Shown piece after piece: positions 10,146 through 18,473 of a DNA stretch of 64,000 bases. Each line of letters opens with the position of its first letter. Positions within the stretch are counted from its first letter, which is position 1. The notes under the pieces were generated by a model, which searched no databases, was not told the origin of the DNA, and saw only the letters and a list, made by a program, of their open reading frames with translations. The translations under genes were made by a program, and so were the position numbers. The DNA comes from Syntrophales bacterium (GTDB taxonomy: Bacteria; Desulfobacterota; Syntrophia; Syntrophales; UBA4778), in contig CAXXQE010000008.1 of assembly GCA_963665615.2 (NCBI GenBank), positions 310,001-374,000 on the forward strand. The letters are read 5' to 3'.

Positions 10146-11878
10146 TGCCCTTATACAGACGTTTATTAAAACTCTCGCTACCTCACATCCGGAAATTCAT
10201 CCTGGCAGGGTTGTGCATGGGGGTTGTCGGCGCCACGACCGGTATATCGGCCTATCTGATGAAGCCAGTGTTTGACGACGTCTTTCTGAACAAGGACGGC
10301 CGCGCTCTGATCTGGATCGCCGTTGCCGTCATCGTCCTGTTCTTCCTCAAGGGAGCGGCCAGTTATGGACAAACCGTCCTCATGAGCGTGATCGGCCAGC
10401 GGATTATCACAGATATGCGAAACGATCTCTACCGCCAGATTCAGCGCCAGCCGCTGTCGTTCTTCACAAAAAACCCGACCGGCACGCTCATCTCCCGCAT
10501 CACCAACGATGTGATGTTGATCCAAGGGGCGGTCTCGGAGGCCGTCACGAGCGTCGTAAAGGACACCTTCTCCATTATCGGCCTGCTCTTCGTCGTTTTT
10601 TATCAGGACTGGAAACTCGCCATCATCGCTATGGTCGTGTTCCCCCTGACGGCCTATCCGATCTCTCGATTCAGCCGCAAGATGCGCCAGATCGCCACCC
10701 GAACGCAAGTGACCATGGGCACGCTGACGGCCCTGCTCCAAGAGACGATCTCGGGGAACCGCATCGTCAAGGCCTTCGGAATGGAGGAACATGAAAACAA
10801 AAAATTTGCGGTCGAGAACGAGCGGCTCTTTAAACTGACGATGAAATCGGTATCGGTCCGCGCAGTCTCGAGCCCGCTAATGGAGTTCTTCGGCGGCTTT
10901 GGTATCGCGGCCGTCATCTTTTATGGTGGAACCCAAGTGATCAGGGGGACCTCGACGCCGGGAACTTTCATCTCCTTCATCACGGCGCTCTTGATGCTCT
11001 ATGAACCGATCAAGCGCCTGACCAATGTCAACAACACGATCCAGCAAGGCATTGCCGGGGCCGAGCGCGTCTTCGAAGTGATCGACATCATCCCTGAGAT
11101 CCAGAATAAAGAAGGGGCTGTGACGCTGCCGAAGATCTCGCAGGAGATCGCTTTGCGCAACGTCTCTTTCCGCTATGAGGAAGACTACGTTCTGAGAGAC
11201 ATCAACCTCTCAATCCGGACTGGGGAGGTTGTCGCCTTTGTCGGGATGAGCGGCGGCGGCAAGACGACGCTCGTCAACTTGATCCCCCGTTTCTATGACG
11301 TAACGGAGGGAGCCATCGAGATCGACGGACTCGATATCCGCGACGTCACCATGGAGTCGTTGCGGGCGCAGATCGGCATCGTCACCCAGCAGACGATTCT
11401 CTTTAACGACACGGTGAAAAACAACATCGCCTATGGCGACGTCACAAAAGGAGAAGCGGCTATCATCGCCGCGGCAAAGGCGGCCAACGCCCACGACTTT
11501 ATCATGAAGCTTCCGGAGGGATATGATACCGTTATCGGCGAATCCGGCGTCAAGCTCTCCGGCGGCCAGCGCCAACGCCTCTCCATCGCGCGGGCGCTTC
11601 TGAAGGATGCGCCCATCCTGATTCTCGATGAGGCCACTTCGGCGCTCGATACGGAGGCGGAAATCGAAGTCCAGGAGGCCCTCGACAAACTCATGAAGAG
11701 CCGAACCACCCTCGTCATCGCACACAGGCTATCGACGATCCGCAACGCCGACCGCATCGTCGCGCTGGTGGACGGTCGCATCGTCGAAGTGGGCACCCAT
11801 GAAGCGCTCCTGGCACGCCAGGGAGAATACTATAAACTCTATAACCTTCAGTTCAAGGACGAAACGGCCGGGAGGTAG
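10142..11878 (+). CDS. msbA: Lipid A export ABC transporter MsbA
   Basis: TM domain plus NBD (GMSGGGKT, LSGGQRQR, LDEATSALD, IAHRLST); between lpxB and lpxK. Confidence 0.93.
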   Translation: MMPLYRRLLKLSLPHIRKFILAGLCMGVVGATTGISAYLMKPVFDDVFLNKDGRALIWIAVAVIVLFFLKGAASYGQTVLMSVIGQRIITDMRNDLYRQIQRQPLSFFTKNPTGTLISRITNDVMLIQGAVSEAVTSVVKDTFSIIGLLFVVFYQDWKLAIIAMVVFPLTAYPISRFSRKMRQIATRTQVTMGTLTALLQETISGNRIVKAFGMEEHENKKFAVENERLFKLTMKSVSVRAVSSPLMEFFGGFGIAAVIFYGGTQVIRGTSTPGTFISFITALLMLYEPIKRLTNVNNTIQQGIAGAERVFEVIDIIPEIQNKEGAVTLPKISQEIALRNVSFRYEEDYVLRDINLSIRTGEVVAFVGMSGGGKTTLVNLIPRFYDVTEGAIEIDGLDIRDVTMESLRAQIGIVTQQTILFNDTVKNNIAYGDVTKGEAAIIAAAKAANAHDFIMKLPEGYDTVIGESGVKLSGGQRQRLSIARALLKDAPILILDEATSALDTEAEIEVQEALDKLMKSRTTLVIAHRLSTIRNADRIVALVDGRIVEVGTHEALLARQGEYYKLYNLQFKDETAGR

Positions 11879-11889
11879 TCGATCGTATT

Positions 11890-12987
11890 ATGACGAGTCC
11901 GAGAGACTATCTGACAACCCTCTGGAGCGGCGACCGGCGGAACCACTGGCATCCACTGTTGCTCATCCTCTTTCTGGCCTCATTTTTTTATGGCTTGGCC
12001 ATTGGTGCGAGAAATCTGCTCTTTCGAATCGGCCTTCTGGAATCCAGGAGCCTATCCTGCCCTGTCATCAGCATCGGCAACCTCACCGTAGGGGGCACCG
12101 GCAAGACGCCCATTGTCATGCATCTGGCCGCCATGCTGAAGGAGATGGGCCGCCACCCGGCCATCCTGAGCCGCGGCTATGGCGGGACCACCAAGGCGCC
12201 GGTCAATGTTGTCAGCACCGTGGATCATGTTTTGAGCAGCCCTGAAGAGGGTGGGGACGAACCCTACCTCATGGCGATGTCCCTGAAGAACGTCCCCGTG
12301 TTGACGGGCCGCAGCCGTTTCCTCACCGGCAGCTATGCTTATGAACAACTTGGTGCCGATACGATTCTCTTGGACGACGGCTTTCAGCACCGTCAGCTGA
12401 CTCGCAACCTCAACATCGCCTTACTCAAGGCCGATGCGCCCTTCGGCAACGGCTTTTTGATTCCCCGCGGGCCGCTTCGTGAAACCCAACGCGCCTTGAA
12501 TCGCGCCGACGCCGTCATCCTGACCGGGGCCGATCCGAGGGACACGCGAGTACAGGAACAGATCCGTCACTTGCACCGATCATGGCCGAACCTCCCCGTT
12601 CTGACGGCTTCCTATCAACCCAAGGAACTGGTGCGGAATTCCGCGGAAATCTTTCCCATTGCATTTATCAAGGGGAAAAAGGTTTTCGCTTTTTGCGGTA
12701 TCGCCAATCCCGCGTCATTTCGAAAATCCCTTGAGGATGCGGGTGCGGAAATCGCGTCCCTCTTGACTTTTCCGGATCACCACCGATACACCGAGACGGA
12801 TTGCCGGTTGATCCATGAGGCAGCCAGACAGGTCTCCGCGCAGATGGTCATTGCCACGGAAAAAGATGGCGTCAAGCTGACCCGCCATCCGGCTTTTTTC
12901 AGGGAGGTCTTTCTGCTGCGCATTGGAATGGCCGTTGATCCGGAAGAAACCTTGAAGCAACTGATAGAGGCGAGCCTCGGCACATGA
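11890..12987 (+). CDS. lpxK: Tetraacyldisaccharide 4'-kinase LpxK
   Basis: SIGNLTVGGTGKTP, LSRGYG, GDEP, LDDGFQH, GPLRE, FPDHH, TEKD. Confidence 0.96.
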   Translation: MTSPRDYLTTLWSGDRRNHWHPLLLILFLASFFYGLAIGARNLLFRIGLLESRSLSCPVISIGNLTVGGTGKTPIVMHLAAMLKEMGRHPAILSRGYGGTTKAPVNVVSTVDHVLSSPEEGGDEPYLMAMSLKNVPVLTGRSRFLTGSYAYEQLGADTILLDDGFQHRQLTRNLNIALLKADAPFGNGFLIPRGPLRETQRALNRADAVILTGADPRDTRVQEQIRHLHRSWPNLPVLTASYQPKELVRNSAEIFPIAFIKGKKVFAFCGIANPASFRKSLEDAGAEIASLLTFPDHHRYTETDCRLIHEAARQVSAQMVIATEKDGVKLTRHPAFFREVFLLRIGMAVDPEETLKQLIEASLGT

Positions 12988-13865
12988 AGAAAAAGACAAC
13001 GACGATTATCATTTTTGTTTTCCGACTGCTGCCGCTGGGACTCCGCAAAAGGTTCTTTCGCGCGCTTCTGGGCCTGTATTACCACATCGACAGCCGGCAT
13101 CGGATCGTCACCCTTCACAACCTTGTCCGGTCTTTTCCGGAAAAGCCTCTGCCCGAGATGATCCGCATCGCCAAGAATGCCTATCGCCACATCGGCACAA
13201 TTGCCGCGGAGTTTTTCGAGTTGCCTTATCTGACCCGAGACAACCTGGCCGACTATCTTGAGATAGAAGGGTTGGAATACATGGAGCAAGCCCTCACGCA
13301 AAAGAAGGGGGTCCTCTCGATTGTCGCGCATTTCGGTAATTGGGAAATGATGGCCGCCGCCATGCCGATTGCCTTCAAACCCCTGCATGTCATCTATCGC
13401 CCGCTTGACAATCCCGTTCTGGAGGACCTCGTTTACTGGGTCCGCACCCTTCACGGCAACGTCATGTTGCCGAGGGAGGGATCCGTCATCAGAACTTACC
13501 GGCTGCTGGCCCGGAACAATATCATGGGCATTCTCGTCGATCAGAACGTTGCGACGCGCGAGGGCATCTTCGTCGATTTCTTCAACCGGCCGGCCTGCAC
13601 GGCGGTCGGCTTGGCCGTCTTGGCCCAAAATACGGGCGCGCCCGTCCTGCCGGCCTTCATGATCCGAATGCCGGACGGGCGCTACAAACTTCAGTTTCAA
13701 CCGGCTGTGGAATGGACTGAAACCGGGGATCCGGATCGGGATATCCTCGTGAATACCCAGCGCTACACGCAAGTTGTTGAAAATGTCGTCCGTCAATATC
13801 CCGATCAGTACTTCTGGCTCCACCATCGATGGAAAACACAACCGTGCCAACAAGAGGGAAGTTAA
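12984..13865 (+). CDS. lpxL: Lipid A late acyltransferase (LpxL/HtrB family)
   Basis: HFGNWE, ILVDQN, FVDFF, YPDQYFWLHHRWK. Confidence 0.9.
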   Translation: MKKKTTTIIIFVFRLLPLGLRKRFFRALLGLYYHIDSRHRIVTLHNLVRSFPEKPLPEMIRIAKNAYRHIGTIAAEFFELPYLTRDNLADYLEIEGLEYMEQALTQKKGVLSIVAHFGNWEMMAAAMPIAFKPLHVIYRPLDNPVLEDLVYWVRTLHGNVMLPREGSVIRTYRLLARNNIMGILVDQNVATREGIFVDFFNRPACTAVGLAVLAQNTGAPVLPAFMIRMPDGRYKLQFQPAVEWTETGDPDRDILVNTQRYTQVVENVVRQYPDQYFWLHHRWKTQPCQQEGS

Positions 13866-13897
13866 GACGTTGAGAGGCTGAGAAGTTAAGAAAGATA
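13857..13897 (+). repeat. Left arm of inverted repeat: purine-rich 8-nt tandem array overlapping the lpxL stop
   Basis: GGAA GTTAAGAC GTTGAGAG GCTGAGAA GTTAAGAA AGATA; 35/41 identical to the reverse complement of 14415-14455. Confidence 0.9.
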
Positions 13898-13929
13898 GAC
13901 ACTGAAATACACCATTCGAAGGCATAAGA

Positions 13930-14313
13930 ATGGACGGGCAACGGATTCAGCATTTCAGAGACCTGGATGTGTATCGAAAGGCTTTTCGACTCGCGATGGA
14001 GGTCTTTGAGGCAACGAAACGCTTCCCTCAGGAAGAGCGATATGCGCTGGTCGATCAGATCCGGAGATCCTCACGCTCCGTCTGCGCAAATCTTGCAGAG
14101 GGATGGCGAAAGCGCAAGTATAACAAGCTGTTTTTTCAAAACAAATTGACGGACGCCATGCAGGAAGCGTCTGAAACACAAAGTTGGCTTGAGTTCAGTT
14201 ATGCATGCAACTATATTGCAGCGGAACAATTCGCTGACTTCGATAAGGAATGCGAGCGCATTATCGCAACGCTCAATGCCATGGAGAAAAATGCAGAGAA
14301 GTTTTGCTTTTGA
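13930..14313 (+). CDS. Four helix bundle protein (23S rRNA intervening-sequence protein family, PF05635/TIGR02436-like)
   Basis: FRDLDVYRKA, FPQEERYALVDQIRRSSRSVCANLAEG, EASETQSWL; 127 aa. Confidence 0.93.
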   Translation: MDGQRIQHFRDLDVYRKAFRLAMEVFEATKRFPQEERYALVDQIRRSSRSVCANLAEGWRKRKYNKLFFQNKLTDAMQEASETQSWLEFSYACNYIAAEQFADFDKECERIIATLNAMEKNAEKFCF

Positions 14314-14314
14314 T

Positions 14315-14346
14315 GCCCATTTTCCCATCCTCCTATTTTCTCAACC
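14315..14346 (+). repeat. Degenerate pyrimidine-rich 8-nt array immediately after the four-helix-bundle stop
   Basis: GCCCATTT TCCCATCC TCCTATTT TCTCAACC. Confidence 0.6.
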
Positions 14347-14353
14347 TCCGGAT

Positions 14354-15557
14354 ATGCTGGGGGTTGACCCGAGTGCTATTGAAAACAGCAGGCCGACGGT
14401 TCATTTCAAGCCCCTGTCTTTCTCAGCCTCTCAGCCTCTCAACCTCTCAACTTCCGGTGCAGAGGGCACCACTGCACCGCCTGGTCTGCGGGTTCATCAA
14501 AAGACACCCATCCGAGTCGATGAACTTCGGCATATCCTCGTCCGCGGCACTAACTGGATTGGCGATGTTGTCATGACCTTTCCCGCGCTGCGGGCGATTC
14601 GCCTGACCTGTCCGAAGGCTCACATAGCCGTGCTCGTCAAGCCCTGGGTGGCGGATCTCGTGGAAGCCTGCCCCGATGTGGACGAAGTCATCCGGTATGA
14701 AAAGCCCGGCCGGCATGCAGGAATTGCCGGAATCTGTACACTGGCGCGCGATGTTGAGAGCCCGCCGCTTCGACTGCGCCATTCTCCTGCAAAATGCCAT
14801 CGAGGCGGCGATTATCGCGCGACTCGCGGGGATCCCGATCCGGGCCGGATACAACTCAGATGCCAGAGGTTGGCTATTGACCCATTCCGTTCAAAGAACG
14901 CAGGGGATTCGCAAAATTCATCAGACCGGCTACTATGTCGAAATGCTCAAGGCGCTGGGCTTCCGGTCCGTCGAACTCACCATGCAGCTGCGGCTTCCGG
15001 CAAAAGAGGCGGCCGTAGACGATCGGCTTTTCGATCGATTCGGGATCGATCGAATGAAACCCCTCATCGGCATGGCCCCCGGCGCGGCATACGGACCCGC
15101 GAAGCGCTGGCCGGCGGATCGGTTTGCGCAGGTCGCCAAGGCATTGGTAAAGGCTTACGACGGAAATGTAATCCTACTGGGAAGCCGCTCGGATCGAACG
15201 GTGACCGATATGATTGCACGGAGCGGAGAGGGCCGCGTCCTTAACCTGGCGGGCGATACAACCCTGAAAGAGGCCATGGCCCTCATTGCGCAATGCACGC
15301 TCTTTATAAGCAACGACTCGGGATTGATGCACGTGGCAGGGTCTCTCGGCATCCCAACCCTGGCGATCTTCGGATCGACCAATCCGGTTACAACGTCGCC
15401 GCCGGGAGAGCAGTGCCGGATTATCCGCAAAACCCTGCCATGCAGTCCGTGCCTCAAAAAGCAATGTTCTACCGGTTTTCAATGCATGATGTCCATCACG
15501 GCCGCAGAGGTTATCGAGGCGGCACAGGAAATGATCAATGCGAAGAGGCAGGAATGA
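14354..15557 (+). CDS. waaF: LPS heptosyltransferase II (GT9); one apparent +1 frameshift near 14744-14750; start codon uncertain
   Basis: ILVRGTNWIGDVVM in the 14189 frame; FDCAILLQN, PGAAYGPAKRW, SNDSGLMHVA, IFGST in the 14676 frame; nearest in-frame ATG is 14354, CTG at 14486. Confidence 0.85.
14415..14455 (+). repeat. Right arm of inverted repeat: pyrimidine-rich 8-nt tandem array
   Basis: TGTCT TTCTCAGC CTCTCAGC CTCTCAAC CTCTCAAC TTCC; complementary to 13857-13897. Confidence 0.9.
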
Positions 15558-16129
15558 TGAGCAAAAGCAATGAGAAGAAGGTCGCGGTATTCATGGATCG
15601 GGACGGCACGATCAACGAGGAGGTCGGCTATCTGAGCCGCATCAATCAACTGGCCTTTATTCCAGAGGCGCCGGAGGCGATCCGGCTGATCAATGCGAGT
15701 GGTCTGCTGGCCGTTGTCATTACCAATCAGTCGGGAATCGCCCGTGGATACTTCGACGAGTCTTTCGTCGAATCAGTCCACACGCGGATGAACGCCCTGC
15801 TGGCCAAGGCAGGGGCCCAGATCGACCGCTTCTACTATTGCCCCCATCACCCCACCGAGGGTGAGGCGCCATATCAGAAGGCATGCGACTGCCGAAAGCC
15901 AGCACCCGGTCTGCTCAGGCAGGCAGCCGACGACCTCGACATCGATCTTTCCCGCTCCTACCTGATCGGGGACACTGCCAAAGACCTGGAGGCTGCGCGA
16001 AGCGTCGGCGCCAAGGGCATCCTCGTCAGGACAGGCTATGGCAGCGAGGTCGAATCGTCCGATGCTGCCTACACTGCCGATCATCTCCTGGATGCCGTCA
16101 AGTGGGTTCTACGGGATCTCTGCTTATGA
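15554..16129 (+). CDS. gmhB: D-glycero-D-manno-heptose-1,7-bisphosphate phosphatase
   Basis: FMDRDGTIN, ITNQSGIARG, CPHHP, CDCRKP, IGD; ATGA overlap with waaF stop. Confidence 0.94.
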   Translation: MMSKSNEKKVAVFMDRDGTINEEVGYLSRINQLAFIPEAPEAIRLINASGLLAVVITNQSGIARGYFDESFVESVHTRMNALLAKAGAQIDRFYYCPHHPTEGEAPYQKACDCRKPAPGLLRQAADDLDIDLSRSYLIGDTAKDLEAARSVGAKGILVRTGYGSEVESSDAAYTADHLLDAVKWVLRDLCL

Positions 16130-17202
16130 CGTTGCCAACAACCGTGCAGCCGCGCAACATCCTCATCGTCAAGTTAAGTGCGATCGGGGATGTTATTCAC
16201 ACCCTGCCGTCACTGACGGCCTTGCGGCGACTCTATCCGCAAGCCCACATTACCTGGGTCGTTGAAGAGGCGGCAGCGGATATTATTCAGGGGGCATCCC
16301 GATCTCGATCGCGTCCTTGTCTTCCGGCGCAAGCAGTGGCTGAGACGGCTGAGTTCCTTAAAAACACTAAAAGCATCACTTGCGGATATCCGGGCATTCA
16401 TAAAAACCTTGCAGGATCGGCCCTATGAGCTGGTCATCGATTTTCACGGTCTCTTTAAGAGCGCAGTTCTTGTCTGGTTGGGCGGGGGAAAACGCAAACT
16501 TGGCTACGACAGCCTTCAAGAGTTGAGCGGCCTTTTCTACAACGAAAAGATTCCCGGAGGACATGACCAAGCATGCCGTGGATCGCTATCTGGATTTCAT
16601 ACGGTATCTGGGTGAAAAAGATTTGCATCCCCCTGTTTTTTCGATTGCAATCGAGCAGGAAAATGTGAAAAAAGTTAAAGAGCTGCTTCGTGAAAATGGC
16701 CTCCAGGAAGGAGATCGATTCATCGCAGTCAGTCCCACGGCCCTACTGGGAAACCAAGATGTGGGAGGACCGGAAGTTTGCGGCGCTCTGCGACAGGCTG
16801 TTGGATGAACTCAGACTCCCGGTGATTCTGACGGGCGCTCCCGGCGACGCGTCGGTAAAGGCCATTTGCTCCCTGATGCAGAGGAAGGCCATCGATCTCA
16901 GCGGCCTCACCTCTCTGAAGGATTTGGCGCGGTTGTATCAGCTGGCGGCAGTTGTGGTGACAACCGACTCCGGTCCCATGCATCTGGCGGCTGCAGTGCA
17001 AACGCCCGTCGTGGCGCTTTTCGGCCCAACCGCTCCAGCGCGAACAGGCCCTTATGGAACGGGTCACACGATCCTTCGGACGAGCATCGATTGCAGCCCC
17101 TGCTTTAAAAAACATTGCAATTTGTTAAGCTGTATGAAAAACCTCTCAGTCGAGACTGTCTTTGAAGCGGTCAGAGCCCGCTTAAACCTGAAGGAGGAAT
17201 AA
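16126..17202 (+). CDS. GT9 heptosyltransferase (WaaC-like) split by three apparent +1 frameshifts (16290-94, 16553-57, 16741-43)
   Basis: ILIVKLSAIGDVIH / HPDLDRV..VIDFHGLFKS / HAVDRY / WETKMW..TDSGPMHLAAA..LFGPT over four frame segments; corrected length 357 aa. Confidence 0.85.
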
Positions 17203-17805
17203 ATGAAATTCCGTGCTATCATTACTTCGCTTTTTCTGGCACTCTGCCTTTGCGCGTTCTTCGTCGCATCAGCTGATGCGGCAGCATCGTCCAATCAATC
17301 CGCAGGCTCTCATTGGTTCAACGAGTCCGGACTGATAATGGGCATCGGCACGAGCGACCTTGACGATGGAAGGCACTACGAACCGATCCTCGTCATCTGG
17401 CATCTGTCGAAGGACTTGAACCCCTACCTGACCGCCTTGCTGGGCCATCGAGGGAAACTCTCCTTTATCTGCGAACCCCAGATAAATCCCTCTTTCAAAC
17501 CGTCAACCGATATAGAGGCCGGTATCGGCCTTGGCCTGAAATACAGCTACCCCTTGATATCACGACTCGACGCCTATGTCATGGGATCGGTCGGCCCCCA
17601 TTTCATGTCGCTGAAGACGGATGAGCAGCACAGCGGTTTTCTCTTCGCCGATACAATTGGCGCCGGACTTGATTTCAAGCTCTCATCAGGCGCGGCTATC
17701 AATCTCGGCTATCGCTTCCGCCATATGTCCAATGCGGGCCTCAAGAAACCTAACAGCGGCGTCAATACGCAGTTTATAACGGTTGGTTATTCGATTTTCT
17801 TTTAA
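17203..17805 (+). CDS. PagL-family outer membrane lipid A deacylase / acyloxyacyl hydrolase
   Basis: Signal peptide, amphipathic beta strands, catalytic-type motif YRFRHMSNAGLKKPNSGVN, C-terminal YSIFF. Confidence 0.85.
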   Translation: MKFRAIITSLFLALCLCAFFVASADAAASSNQSAGSHWFNESGLIMGIGTSDLDDGRHYEPILVIWHLSKDLNPYLTALLGHRGKLSFICEPQINPSFKPSTDIEAGIGLGLKYSYPLISRLDAYVMGSVGPHFMSLKTDEQHSGFLFADTIGAGLDFKLSSGAAINLGYRFRHMSNAGLKKPNSGVNTQFITVGYSIFF

Positions 17806-17906
17806 GGCGCAAAGTCAAGCGGCTTTTGGTTTATTTTTCTTACAAACAACGGTAACCTCAACGATCCGATCTTGTAAGTTGTTGCATAATTTTCTCCCCT
17901 TTGTTA

Positions 17907-17935
17907 TTGACTATCCGTCATCTTTTTTGTAAAGT
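17907..17935 (+). promoter_or_regulatory. Putative sigma70 promoter of the MarR regulator / glycan cluster
   Basis: TTGACT (17907-12), 17-nt spacer, TAAAGT (17930-35). Confidence 0.6.
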
Positions 17936-17943
17936 TCGCATGC

Positions 17944-17958
17944 GTTCATTAAATGAAC
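17944..17958. promoter_or_regulatory. Perfect palindrome, probable operator
   Basis: GTTCATT-A-AATGAAC just downstream of the predicted transcription start and upstream of the MarR RBS. Confidence 0.6.
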
Positions 17959-17974
17959 AAAGGGGACGCCTGCT

Positions 17975-18316
17975 ATGTCACCGCGCGAAAATACCTCTCC
18001 CAATGAAGGGCTGCTCAGGGTTATAAAAACCCTAAGCGAGGACCCCGAACTGACGCAGCGCGAAATCTCCAAAAGAGCAGGCATCAGTCTCGGCAAGGTC
18101 AATTTTCTTCTCAAGGCCTTGATTGACAAGGGGCTTGTCAAAACGCATAATTTCAAAAATTCCCAAAACAAGAAAGCATATCTATACATTTTGACCCCGT
18201 CCGGCATCGAGGCCAAAACGAGGATGATGTATAGTTTTCTTGCGCGCAAGATAGAAGACTATGAGGCGCTTGAAAAGCAGATTCAGGCGTTAAAGAAAGA
18301 GGTGGCTGAGGGATAA
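17975..18316 (+). CDS. MarR-family EPS-associated transcriptional regulator
   Basis: TQREIS..GISLGKVNFLLKALIDKGLVK..NFKNSQNKKAYLYILTPSGIEAK; heads a polysaccharide cluster. Confidence 0.92.
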   Translation: MSPRENTSPNEGLLRVIKTLSEDPELTQREISKRAGISLGKVNFLLKALIDKGLVKTHNFKNSQNKKAYLYILTPSGIEAKTRMMYSFLARKIEDYEALEKQIQALKKEVAEG

Positions 18317-18373
18317 CGCCGTCTCAGCCATTGACGTATAATTCACTTTCACCCATAGCCCAGCAAACGGTTT

Positions 18374-18419
18374 TGCGTTCCTGGATGTAATCCAGAGGGC
18401 GGAGCTTTATCGAAACGCA
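18374..18419 (+). promoter_or_regulatory. JUMPstart/ops-like structured leader
   Basis: Hairpin CTGGA-TGTAA-TCCAG followed by AGGGCGGAGC (ops core GGCGGTAG with one base missing), enclosed by TGCGTT/AACGCA stem, about 55 nt before wzm. Confidence 0.6.
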
Positions 18420-18473
18420 TCTTCATCGCCCCTAGAATCAATTAACCCTGGATTTTCCACGCAGGATAGAGTC

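Noticed and set aside
12777..13925. 382-aa minus-strand ORF spanning lpxL and the left repeat arm
   Set aside because: Antisense shadow of a GC-rich gene with no recognisable motifs; its N-terminus is just translated repeat (FLTSQPLNVLTS).
13930..14313. Diversity-generating retroelement (Avd-like protein)
   Set aside because: No reverse transcriptase and no template/variable repeat pair with adenine-specific mismatches in the window; the 195-bp repeat mismatches are not confined to A.
13857..14455. IS element, CRISPR array or rRNA gene around the four-helix-bundle ORF
   Set aside because: No transposase, no repeat-spacer structure, and the flanks are protein-coding rather than rRNA.
17811..17840. 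Intrinsic terminator after the pagL-like gene
   Set aside because: The stem AAAGTC/GGCTTT is short and AT-rich; support is insufficient.
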